From assembly GCA_903884505.1 (NCBI GenBank), contig CAISET010000036.1, positions 8,741 to 72,740 of the forward strand: DNA of 64,000 nucleotides. The letters run 5' to 3'. A program made the translations under genes and the position numbers. The stretch comes from an uncultured Candidatus Micrarchaeota archaeon. GTDB lineage: Archaea > Micrarchaeota > Micrarchaeia > Burarchaeales > Fermentimicrarchaeaceae. Each line of letters opens with the position of its first letter. Positions within the stretch are counted from its first letter, which is position 1. Below the pieces are notes generated by a model. It made no database searches. It saw only the letters and a list, made by a program, of their open reading frames with translations, and was not told the DNA's origin. This document shows, in pieces, positions 36,921 to 45,360 of this stretch.

Positions 36921-38575
36921 CTCGCACTTTTCACGAGCCATGCCGAGAAGTCTTTGGCCAGGTAAACGAATATAATCGCGGCTGCGGGGAGCGCAGGGAG
37001 GAGATACCTGTCCCATACCGGCCCGGTGCTGTAAAACAGCATGAATGAGAAGAACCAGAGAAGCGCAAGGAGGAGCAGGGGGTCGCGCCTGAATGGCCAG
37101 TAAGCTGCGCCTGCGAATGCCGCAAGGCCGAACAGCGGCCAGGTGATGCTCCAATTTGAAGTGTAATAGCCGCCATAAACCGCATACCCTGTGAAGAGTA
37201 TCTGCCATGCGGAGAGCGGGGGCACCTGCGCGTATGCGTTAGCCCCGATGCGCCAGGCGATTACGTTGGCCTGCATGCCCGTGAAATCCAGGAGCGAATG
37301 CCCATCCGCGAAATAAACCGAATAGGAGAGCATGAACGGCAAGGCCGCCAGGGGCAGGAGCGCGATGAAGAGGACGGCGCAGTCGCGCCTCCCGGTTGCG
37401 GCAAGGAATATCGCGGCTGCAGGGACAAGCGCGATGAACCCCAGCAGCTTTATGGACAGGCCGATTCCCACCAGCAGGGCGAGGAGCACTACGAGGATGG
37501 TGCGGTTGCTCTTGCCGCCCCTCAAAACCTCGGCAAGAACCGCGATGAAGCAAAGCGAGACGAGCAGCAGCGGCATATCCAGGTACGGCATCTCCGCATA
37601 GGCGCAGAAGAAGCCGCTTGCGGTGAATGCGGCAGTGGCGATGAACGCCCAGAGCCAATTGCCGATTATGCGGTTCGCGACATAAAGCATCATCGCTATG
37701 CTTGCAAGCCCGGCGAGCAGGCCAGGGAGCGCGGGCCTGCCGAAAAGGAGCGTAGAAAGGCCGATGAGATACTTCGCAAGCGGCGGATGTTCGGTGTTGA
37801 ACAGTGCAGGGTCCGTCCCATGGATGTAAAGCCATCCGGCCCAGGTGTAGGCCTGCTGGTCCGTCATTACCTCCGCTCCCGGGCTGTCCGGCCCAATCAC
37901 ATACTGCGAGTGCCCGAACATCTCGTAATACCTGTCCAGGTAAAGCACCTGTCCCGCAGCATACGGGAATATGGAATAGGGCGTGGAGCCGTCGTAGAGA
38001 AAACTGCCCCAAACCGAGCTTGCATAAACCGCGGCAAGCGCCACGAACAGCGCCAGCCAGGCCAAATGCCCGCGCTTTATGCGCGGCATCTGGATTTTCC
38101 CGCCAAAACCAAGACTGAATCCTGCGGCCGCCCTTCTGCGGAGCGCAAAAGCGGCAACCCCGCAATACACCAGGAATACCAAGACCAGGGAGGCGGTGAG
38201 GGCAGGATACAAGTACTGCTTCAGCTGCTGGTAGCGCTTTCCCCATGAGCCGCTCAAAATCCTCCCGCTCACCGATGTGTTGAACTCCATGATTCCGACC
38301 GTGTGGTTGCCGGCTGCAAATTCCCCGTTCACCCCCATCATGCCGCTTGCATCCGCCTGCGCAACGTATGCGTACCGCTTGTCCAGCACCACCAGCTTCT
38401 TCACGCCGGGCTGCAGCCCCGAGAATGAGATACTGGCGTTTCCCTTCTCCGCCAAATAAAAGCTCACGTCCGCAGAGCCGGATGATGCGTCTACCGCATG
38501 GCTGAATCCCATGCCGAGCGCAGGCACTGGGAGCAAGGCGAGAAAAAGCAGGGCCAGCAGCAGGCGGCTTCTCAT
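36905..38575 (-). CDS. GT-C fold membrane glycosyltransferase (PMT_2/ArnT-like) with an N-terminal signal peptide and an extracytoplasmic domain
   Basis: Signal-like MRSRLLLALLFLALLPVPALG, about 130 aa of soluble region, then about 12 TM segments. Confidence 0.65.
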   Translation of the reverse strand: MRSRLLLALLFLALLPVPALGMGFSHAVDASSGSADVSFYLAEKGNASISFSGLQPGVKKLVVLDKRYAYVAQADASGMMGVNGEFAAGNHTVGIMEFNTSVSGRILSGSWGKRYQQLKQYLYPALTASLVLVFLVYCGVAAFALRRRAAAGFSLGFGGKIQMPRIKRGHLAWLALFVALAAVYASSVWGSFLYDGSTPYSIFPYAAGQVLYLDRYYEMFGHSQYVIGPDSPGAEVMTDQQAYTWAGWLYIHGTDPALFNTEHPPLAKYLIGLSTLLFGRPALPGLLAGLASIAMMLYVANRIIGNWLWAFIATAAFTASGFFCAYAEMPYLDMPLLLVSLCFIAVLAEVLRGGKSNRTILVVLLALLVGIGLSIKLLGFIALVPAAAIFLAATGRRDCAVLFIALLPLAALPFMLSYSVYFADGHSLLDFTGMQANVIAWRIGANAYAQVPPLSAWQILFTGYAVYGGYYTSNWSITWPLFGLAAFAGAAYWPFRRDPLLLLALLWFFSFMLFYSTGPVWDRYLLPALPAAAIIFVYLAKDFSAWLVKSARLVEG

Positions 38576-38670
38576 GTTTTCTTCCCCGCCTCCCGGACGA
38601 CCGCGCCAACCATATCCCTTTCATTATGCGCGGGGATGACTGCCACGGCCCTAGCCTTTCCACAATTCAT
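38572..38670 (-). pseudogene. Truncated GT2 remnant (32 codons), ATGA-coupled to the downstream GT-C gene
   Basis: Encodes MNCGKARAVAVIPAHNERDMVGAVVREAGKKT*. Compare MKRGKARTVAVIPAYNEERRVGEVVREAGKYVDE... at the start of GT2 33686..34366. Its stop overlaps the ATG at 38575. Confidence 0.65.
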
Positions 38671-38684
38671 AGCCCTCAACCAAC
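38581..38684 (-). repeat. Copy 2 of the GT2 5' end/RBS repeat
   Basis: About 81% identical to 34277-34380 by hand alignment, while the flanking sequences are unrelated. Confidence 0.75.
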
Positions 38685-38724
38685 TTCGCCCTTTCCACCT
38701 GCTTTTCCGGACCTTCATGCCAGC

Positions 38725-39930
38725 TCAGAATGTCGGGTATCCTGCCACGAACATCACAGTAAAGACAATAAGTAGCGCGATGGATATAGATGTTATGGCC
38801 ATATCAGCGCGCCTGTCCCTCCCTGCAACGGCAAGCGCGGCAAAAATCGGGAATATCGGTGCAATATACCGGAACTCGGAGCCGAGCATCCCAGTCATAA
38901 GTACGACCAGCATCGCCACTACCAAATACAGTGCGTAGCTCTTCCTTAGGAATTTAGCTGATGCAAACGAAATCGCCAGGGCTGAAATGAGGATTGCGCT
39001 CTGGATGAACGCGTATATGGCGTTGAAGCCTTCGGTGGTGGGCAGGAACAGGAGAGACCTGAGCACCTGCTTGGCCGTGCTGAAAATCGCCAGGGTGCCG
39101 TAACTCCTGCCCTGCCATAATTGTTCCTGGTGGATGAAAGCCAACCCGTCCCCGAACTGAAGCTGGCAATACGCCATGAAGAACAGTGCGCCGGCAGGGA
39201 CCAGGAGCAGGAAAAGCGAATCGAGCCTTACCTTATGCAGGCCGAACTCCCGCTGGTCAAGGTATTCGCATGCGAGTGGCAGGAAGAGGACTACGCCATT
39301 TACCCTTGACAGCGCGGCAAGCCCGCCGAGCGCACCTGCCGCAAGCCAGTTCGACCTGCGAGCGAAGTAAAACGCGGCAATGCTAAGTAGCAAGAAAAGC
39401 GATTCAGAGTAGACTGCAGAGAAGAAGAAGCTCGCCGGGAAGACGAGTAGGTATAGCACCGCCCGCTTTGAGTCCGCCTCCCCGAAATCCATTCTTAGCA
39501 GCTTGAAGAGAAGAAGCGAGGAGGCGAGCGCGCAGGCGTTTGAGATGAGCGCGCCGGAAAGCACGTAGCTAACACCGGTCCTGCTAAGTAGCCATATCGA
39601 AATCGGGTAAAGGGGAAAGAAGACTATGTTGGTGGCGATGGTCTGGCTATACGCATAACCGTGCTGCGCGATTGACAAGTACCACCCGCCGTCATACCTA
39701 AGCGTGGTGCCGAGGATGTCGTTTAGCACGTCCCCCGAATATGAAAGGCCCGGCAGGTACGAGCCCTTTGGGACGTAGCCGATTGCAAGAAGTCCGACCA
39801 GGACAAGAAGGGCCCTGCTTGCCATGAAGAGCAGTGTAATACAAGCGTAGTCGCGCCTCTTTAGAATCCAGCCAAGCAGCCGCGATTGGGGTGGCGGATT
39901 TAGTCTCGGTGCCTTGACACCTTTTCGCAT
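38725..39930 (-). CDS. PIG-V-like (Mannosyl_trans2 / GT76-like) GT-C membrane mannosyltransferase
   Basis: LRYDGGWYLSIAQHGYAY signature followed by about 9 TM segments. Confidence 0.6.
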   Translation of the reverse strand: MRKGVKAPRLNPPPQSRLLGWILKRRDYACITLLFMASRALLVLVGLLAIGYVPKGSYLPGLSYSGDVLNDILGTTLRYDGGWYLSIAQHGYAYSQTIATNIVFFPLYPISIWLLSRTGVSYVLSGALISNACALASSLLLFKLLRMDFGEADSKRAVLYLLVFPASFFFSAVYSESLFLLLSIAAFYFARRSNWLAAGALGGLAALSRVNGVVLFLPLACEYLDQREFGLHKVRLDSLFLLLVPAGALFFMAYCQLQFGDGLAFIHQEQLWQGRSYGTLAIFSTAKQVLRSLLFLPTTEGFNAIYAFIQSAILISALAISFASAKFLRKSYALYLVVAMLVVLMTGMLGSEFRYIAPIFPIFAALAVAGRDRRADMAITSISIALLIVFTVMFVAGYPTF

Positions 39931-41048
39931 GCCTTACCAAACCTCTCAAAGAACCTTTCCCAGGAGAACTTCTGCTCAACAAGCTTCCTGCCCTTCTTCC
40001 CCATCTCTTCCGCAAGCTCCGGCCTTTCCGCCAAGTGCGCCATCCTCTCCGCCATCTCGTGCGGCGAGTTGACAAGGAAGCCGGTTTCCCCGCTGGCCAC
40101 GACCTCCCGCGGCCCGCCCTCATTCACCGAGATGACCGGCTTGAAGCTAGCCATCGCCTCGAGCGGCACCATCCCGAAGTCCTCGTTTATGGGCGCGTAG
40201 AGGACCGAGTAGCATTTCGCGTAGAGCGAAACAAGGTCCTCATGCGGAAGGTCGATGAGAATCCTCCCGTCATGCCCCAAGTATCGCTTCACCCACTCAT
40301 AATAAGCGGCATGCTCGGGCCTGTCCGCAAAAAGGGAGCCGGCAATCACCAGCTTCCAGTCCCTGAATTTGCCGTTCCTCTTCCTGAATTCACGGAACGC
40401 GTCTATGACATATTCGAAGCGCTTCTCAGGCGTTATCCTCGAAGGGTAACAGAAGAAATGCCCGTACTCATCGCAGCGGAATTCCTTTGCGTCAACCCCC
40501 GGATGAAGAATCTCCGAATCGGCCCCCAAATACTCGCTCAGCCTTCCCTGAGTGTTCGCGCTGTTCGCGAATATGTGCTCGATTTTCGGGACGGTCTGGC
40601 GCTCCAGCAGCCTGTACGCCTGGAGGGACGTCCAGTAAAGCGCCTTCTCGTGCAGCGCCCGCCCTTTCATCCTGTGCCTGTAAAGGTCGAAGGCCTCGCG
40701 GTTCGGGGAATGGCAGTACCATACTACTGGCGAATTGTAGTGCCGTATCCATTCGCTCGGAGTCCCCTGCGCGTTTATCACATCAAAATCATCCGGCAGC
40801 ACCTTGTGGTAGAAAATCCTGCCCGCGGCTACCGCATGCCTGACGCGGATCGGAATCTGCCCGGGCATATATCTGAAGAAGCGCGTCTTCAGCACCTCTA
40901 CCTCGCAGTCCTTGAACTCAGGAAAAGTCTTTTCCGGCTCGTAGAGCGCGCAATAAATCTTCGCATTGAAATGCTGCGCTACCTTCAGCACGACCCTTTC
41001 AGCGCCGCCCCTCACATACAGGAAGGGATGGCAGACAACAAGCTTCAT
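39900..41048 (-). CDS. GT4-family (GT-B) glycosyltransferase
   Basis: MKLVVCHPFLYVRGGAERVV, and C-terminal YAPINEDFGMVPLEAMASFKPVISVNEGGPREVV (EX7E). Start trimmed to the ATG at 41048. Confidence 0.8.
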   Translation of the reverse strand: MKLVVCHPFLYVRGGAERVVLKVAQHFNAKIYCALYEPEKTFPEFKDCEVEVLKTRFFRYMPGQIPIRVRHAVAAGRIFYHKVLPDDFDVINAQGTPSEWIRHYNSPVVWYCHSPNREAFDLYRHRMKGRALHEKALYWTSLQAYRLLERQTVPKIEHIFANSANTQGRLSEYLGADSEILHPGVDAKEFRCDEYGHFFCYPSRITPEKRFEYVIDAFREFRKRNGKFRDWKLVIAGSLFADRPEHAAYYEWVKRYLGHDGRILIDLPHEDLVSLYAKCYSVLYAPINEDFGMVPLEAMASFKPVISVNEGGPREVVASGETGFLVNSPHEMAERMAHLAERPELAEEMGKKGRKLVEQKFSWERFFERFGKACEKVSRHRD

Positions 41049-41076
41049 CTCGACCGTTAATGGTTTTGGAGAAGCG

Positions 41077-41088
41077 CTTTTTAATAGG
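41077..41088. promoter_or_regulatory. Shared bidirectional TATA-like box (CTTTTTAATAGG)
   Basis: About 25-30 nt from both the minus-strand ATG at 41048 and the plus-strand GTG at 41108. Confidence 0.4.
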
Positions 41089-41107
41089 TTCCCGCCCAAA
41101 CTCCTCC

Positions 41108-42040
41108 GTGAAGCTCGCTGTTTTCATCCCGGCATTCAACGAGGAGGCAACCGTTGCGGACGTGGTAAAAGGCGTGCGGCTGGCGGTCAAAGGGGCCCAG
41201 GTAATCGTAATAGACGACGGCTCAACCGACTCGACGGCCGCGGAGGCTGCAAAGGCCGGCGCAAAGGTGCTGCGGCACGGAAGGAACCTCGGGCTTGCGC
41301 GCGCATTCAGCGACGGAATTGAGGCGGCCCTCAAGGCGGGGGCCGATGCTGCGGTCTGCATAGACGCTGACGGGCAGTACGACCCGAAGCAAATCCCCTT
41401 CCTCTTGGAGCCAATCGCAAAAGGCGAAGCGGACATAGTCTTGGGCTCCAGGTTTGCGGGCGAAATTGAGGATATGCCATTGCAGAAGAGATGGGGTAAC
41501 ATTCTTGCCACAAAAGTGACCTCATTGCTGAGCGGCCTTAGGATAACCGATGCGCAGACGGGCTTAAGGGCATTCTCCAAGGAGGCAATGCTGCGGATAA
41601 ACATCTCCTCGGATTTCACCTACACGCAGGAGACGATAATCCAGGCTGCATTCAAGGGCCTGAGGATTAAGGAAGTTCCAATACGGTTTCTGAAGCGGAG
41701 GCACGGGAGCTCGCGCCTTTTCTCAAGCATATTCTCATACGCCTGGAGGGCTGGCCTGACCATAATAAAGACCGTCTTCTATTATGCGCCGATGACATTT
41801 TTCTCCCTCGCGGCAGCGGCCTCGGGGCTCATCGGGCTGGCTTTCGGGGCAAGGGTTGCGCTGAATTATTCTGAAACCGGGATGGTTTCACCGCACATCC
41901 CTTCCGCCATCATCTCCGCATTCTTCCTGTTCGGCGCAATGGTGCTTTTTGTATCGGGCATGCTCGCCAATTCGCTGAATGCCTCGCGCAGGCTCTATGA
42001 AGAGGCGCTGTATCTCGCAAAGAAGGAAAGGTATGGGTGA
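41108..42040 (+). CDS. GtrB/Dpm1-like GT2 with C-terminal TM helices (polyprenyl-phosphate glycosyltransferase type)
   Basis: LAVFIPAFNEE...VIVIDDGSTDST...VCIDADGQYDP, plus two C-terminal TM segments. GTG start at 41108; alternative ATG at 41060. Confidence 0.8.
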   Translation: MKLAVFIPAFNEEATVADVVKGVRLAVKGAQVIVIDDGSTDSTAAEAAKAGAKVLRHGRNLGLARAFSDGIEAALKAGADAAVCIDADGQYDPKQIPFLLEPIAKGEADIVLGSRFAGEIEDMPLQKRWGNILATKVTSLLSGLRITDAQTGLRAFSKEAMLRINISSDFTYTQETIIQAAFKGLRIKEVPIRFLKRRHGSSRLFSSIFSYAWRAGLTIIKTVFYYAPMTFFSLAAAASGLIGLAFGARVALNYSETGMVSPHIPSAIISAFFLFGAMVLFVSGMLANSLNASRRLYEEALYLAKKERYG

Positions 42041-42795
42041 TTGGCATTCTGAACGCCTTGAGGTTCGGTGAATGGTGGGACAAGCTCGCAACCCACGCAG
42101 TTGCATGCGCTCTCCTCCTCTATGCCCTCTCTTCGCAGCAGGCGTTTGTTTTCCCGTTCGCCGTCTCCTTCGCCTACTCCATCGCATATCTCTCATTCGC
42201 ATACTCCGTCAACTCCCTCTCCGACATCCGCGAGGACAGGATGGCGGGAAAGCGGAGGGATGGGAAACATGTGCGCGCAATCGCATTCCTCTCCGGCCTT
42301 CTTTCATTGGCCCTGCCTTTCGCATTCCTGAGGCAGGACCTCGCCCTGCTCGGCCTCCTCGCATTCCTTCTCGCAGCCTATTATTCCCTCAGGCCCCTCA
42401 GGTTCAAGGGGAACGCGCTTCTGGGCGTATTCGTCCCCGCGATAGCGCAAAGGCCGCTGCCGTTCTTCCTCTTCGTGCTCCTGGCAGGCCTGCAGTCCGC
42501 AGAATCTGCGTATCTTTTCGGTTGGCTTTTCCTCGTAGGTGCATACGCCATACTCGCCCACCAGTTGCGGGATTACCGGGGCGACGCGAAAACGGGGATT
42601 GGAACGCTTGCGGTGCGAGTTGGAAAGCACGGGGCGGAGTCGCTCCGCAACGCGGCCTTTGTGGCATTAATGGCATATTCGCTCGCCGCATTCCTCCTTT
42701 TCCCCAGCGGGCCGCTTTGTTCTGCAATTCTCATCGGCATCTCCGCACTCGGGTTCGCAAAGCAGCTTATTTTTAACCCGGTTGCGCAAAAGTAA
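42037..42795 (+). CDS. UbiA-family prenyltransferase (short, 252 aa)
   Basis: NSLSDIRED (NxxxDxxxD) and LRDYRGD (DxxxD) motifs in a polytopic protein. GTGA overlap with the preceding GT2. Confidence 0.7.
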   Translation: MIGILNALRFGEWWDKLATHAVACALLLYALSSQQAFVFPFAVSFAYSIAYLSFAYSVNSLSDIREDRMAGKRRDGKHVRAIAFLSGLLSLALPFAFLRQDLALLGLLAFLLAAYYSLRPLRFKGNALLGVFVPAIAQRPLPFFLFVLLAGLQSAESAYLFGWLFLVGAYAILAHQLRDYRGDAKTGIGTLAVRVGKHGAESLRNAAFVALMAYSLAAFLLFPSGPLCSAILIGISALGFAKQLIFNPVAQK

Positions 42796-42800
42796 GACCC

Positions 42801-43025
42801 ATGCAATGCTGTGATTCCGGCAAGGAATTCGAGGAACGGGTATTCCTGACGCGTGCCGAGCTTGCGGAGCTTTACCTTCGGATAACGCTCAAGTCAATAG
42901 CAAGGGGCAAGCTGAAGCGCTATTTCTCAGCCCCGCTCTCCGCCAGCAGGCCGCATATCGCAGCCCGGTATCTGGGCGGCATTCTCAGCGCAAGATTCTG
43001 GGCGGGTGCGTGCTGGAGCGGCTGA
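42801..43025 (+). CDS. Small ORF (74 aa): either an independent peptide or a frameshifted N-terminus of the following radical SAM gene
   Basis: Protein-like sequence (LTRAELAELYLRITLKSIARGKLKRYF...). It ends 16 nt inside the next ORF in another frame. No motif was recognised. Confidence 0.3.
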   Translation: MQCCDSGKEFEERVFLTRAELAELYLRITLKSIARGKLKRYFSAPLSASRPHIAARYLGGILSARFWAGACWSG

Positions 43026-43939
43026 GGATGGGCATAACGCACGAATGCCAGTGCAACTGCTGGCACTGCTATGAGAAGCCGATGGGCAAGGAAAAGCGCC
43101 GCGAACTCAGCTCAAACGAAATAATCGGGATTGTGGGGGAGGCCGGCAGGCTGGGCGCGGTGGAATTTGCATTCGCAGGAGGCGAACCCCTTGTCAAAGA
43201 AGGGGTCCTCGACATAGTGAGGGCGGGCAGCGCGCTGGGCGACACGACCATATTCACGAACGGCATTCTTCTCGCGGCGATGGCGCGCGACCTTAGGAAG
43301 GCGGGCCTGAACCGCGTGCGGGTGAGCATTGACACCCCGTCCGCTGCGGCCCATGACGCGTACAGGCAGCACCCGGGCTGCTTCGCCAAGGCGGTTGAGG
43401 GGCTGAAGCGCGCCTCGGAGGAGGGGATTTTCACCTCCATAAGCACGTACGTCACAAGGGCGGCGCTGCGCAGCGGAAAATTCGGGGAAACCTTGGAGCT
43501 GGGCAGGGAAATCGGAGTGGACGCGATACGCATTTTCCCGGTGATTCCCTCGGGCAGGCTCGAGGACTTCAAGGAGATACTCACAATCGAGGACTGCGAA
43601 GAGATTGCGGCGATTCTGAAGGACTTCAACAGGGATGCGCCCCCGCTGGCGTACAATTCGGGCTGGCTCCGCAAGGGAAGGACGTGCATGGGGACGAGCT
43701 CGGCATATCTGAACTGCTATGGCGATGTGATGCCCTGCGGCTTCGTGCCGGTTTCCTATGGAAATGTCAAAAAAGAGCCGCTCGCAAAAATCTGGGAACG
43801 GCTTTACTCCGATACGGGGCTCAGGCACAGCCCGACCCCGTGCCCGATGTACCACAAGGAATTCCGCGCAAGGTATATAGACCCCAGGCCGAAGGATGCG
43901 CCAATCCCCTGCCCGGTCGAGCTGCTGGTGAGAGAATGA
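43010..43939 (+). CDS. Radical SAM enzyme with a SPASM/twitch-like C-terminal Cys cluster
   Basis: ITHECQCNCWHC (CxxxCxxC), GGEPL, and C-terminal CMGTSSAYLNCYGDVMPCGF....PCP. GTG start at 43010 or ATG at 43028. Confidence 0.75.
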   Translation: MLERLRMGITHECQCNCWHCYEKPMGKEKRRELSSNEIIGIVGEAGRLGAVEFAFAGGEPLVKEGVLDIVRAGSALGDTTIFTNGILLAAMARDLRKAGLNRVRVSIDTPSAAAHDAYRQHPGCFAKAVEGLKRASEEGIFTSISTYVTRAALRSGKFGETLELGREIGVDAIRIFPVIPSGRLEDFKEILTIEDCEEIAAILKDFNRDAPPLAYNSGWLRKGRTCMGTSSAYLNCYGDVMPCGFVPVSYGNVKKEPLAKIWERLYSDTGLRHSPTPCPMYHKEFRARYIDPRPKDAPIPCPVELLVRE

Positions 43940-45360
43940 AAATCCTTCTCGTCGGCCTCAGGAACTTCAGGGAGATAAGGACGGAGACGCTTACGCCGCC
44001 AATCAGGATTGCCCTGCTCGCAGGCGTGCTGAAGGAGTTAGGGCATAAGATTGAGTTCATAGACCTGAAGATGCATCCCCTCGGCGATTTGGAAGAGAAG
44101 GCGCGCAAGGGGGGCTACGATTTATTCTTCGTCTTCACCGGAATCTCATTCACCAACCTCAGCGGCGTTACGCTCTATTCCCTTCTCGAAGTCTGCGGGC
44201 TGCTCGGAAAGAAATTCCCGGAAATCCCCCTCGGGATTGGCGGCACGCACGCGCAGCTCGTGCAGGAGAAGATGCTCGGCTACAAGGAAGTGAAAAATAA
44301 CGCGGACTTCATCGTCTACGGGGAGGAAAATGTATTCGCGGGCCTTCTCGGCGCAGGCGGAATCGCGAAGGACCTGGCGAAAGTCAAAGGCGTAATCTAC
44401 AAGGCGGGCGGGAAATGGAAGAAGAGCCCACCCATGCCTTTCATAGCGAACCTCGACTCCCTCCCGATGCCGCTTTTCGAAATAATGGAGATGCACAGGT
44501 ACAAGAAGCACTCGATGTGGGTGACGCGGGGATGCCCGCGCAGGTGCATCTTCTGTTCCGTCCCCCGGATTTACGGCAAGACCTACCGCACCATGTCCCC
44601 GAAGCGGGTCGCAGACGAGATGGAGCATGTCATCAGCAAGTTCGGCATGAAGCGCTACACCTCCTGCGATGACGACCTTTTCGTGAACAGGAAATGGATG
44701 TCCGACCTATGCGACGAGATAATCTCGCGCGGGCTCGGAGTCAAATGGTCGCTGACCGCCGCTGCGCGCGCGGATGAGGTCGAGCTTGAGCTCCTGAAGA
44801 AGATGCGGCGCGCAGGCTGCCTGGAAATCGGAATCGGCGTGGAGTCGGGCGACGACACGGTCCTGAAGGCGATTAGGAAGGACGTCACCACCGAGCAGCT
44901 GAGGAAGGCAATCCGTATGATGAAAGAGGCGGGGATAAGGGCGCAGGCTTTCATGATTGTGGGAAACCCCGGAGAGACAAGGGAGACGATTGAGAACACG
45001 AAGAGATTCCTTAAGGAAACTAAGCCGGACAACATCGTTGTCGCGCACGCCCTTCCGCACCCGAACACCGGGCTATGGGACTGGGTCGAAGAGAATGCGA
45101 CCTGGCTCAGCCCCCCATTCCACACGCTTTTCGCCCATGACAAGAACTTCGCGCTTCCCGAGCCCTCGTTTGAAACCAGGGATTTCACGAAGGAGGACAG
45201 GATGAAGGCGATGCGCGAGCTTTTCTCGCTGAAGATTGCGGCATACCCGCTCCACAGGCTCCCGTTCGCAATAGCCCTCTACAACAAGGACAACGGCTTC
45301 AGGCACTGGCAGGACTCGTTCATGATGGTGAGGGACTGGGTGGAGTGGCGCATGCGCTAG
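43936..45360 (+). CDS. Class B (B12-binding domain) radical SAM enzyme
   Basis: N-terminal Rossmann-like MKILLVGLRN...IEFIDL, then WVTRGCPRRCIFCSVP (CxxxCxxC). ATGA overlap with the preceding gene. Confidence 0.75.
   Translation: MKILLVGLRNFREIRTETLTPPIRIALLAGVLKELGHKIEFIDLKMHPLGDLEEKARKGGYDLFFVFTGISFTNLSGVTLYSLLEVCGLLGKKFPEIPLGIGGTHAQLVQEKMLGYKEVKNNADFIVYGEENVFAGLLGAGGIAKDLAKVKGVIYKAGGKWKKSPPMPFIANLDSLPMPLFEIMEMHRYKKHSMWVTRGCPRRCIFCSVPRIYGKTYRTMSPKRVADEMEHVISKFGMKRYTSCDDDLFVNRKWMSDLCDEIISRGLGVKWSLTAAARADEVELELLKKMRRAGCLEIGIGVESGDDTVLKAIRKDVTTEQLRKAIRMMKEAGIRAQAFMIVGNPGETRETIENTKRFLKETKPDNIVVAHALPHPNTGLWDWVEENATWLSPPFHTLFAHDKNFALPEPSFETRDFTKEDRMKAMRELFSLKIAAYPLHRLPFAIALYNKDNGFRHWQDSFMMVRDWVEWRMR

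Noticed and set aside
37239-38663. 474-aa minus-strand ORF in an alternative frame of the GT-C gene
   Set aside because: Its composition is Arg/Gly/Ala/Pro-rich, whereas the co-located frame 36905..38575 gives a coherent signal peptide plus a polytopic membrane protein.
40035-41060. 341-aa plus-strand ORF
   Set aside because: It is antisense to the GT4 gene, which has a clear EX7E region. It is Arg/Pro/Leu-rich.
42072-42776. 234-aa alternative-frame ORF inside the UbiA gene
   Set aside because: It is Arg/Pro-rich with no TM segments, while the 42037 frame yields a polytopic protein with both UbiA Asp-rich motifs.
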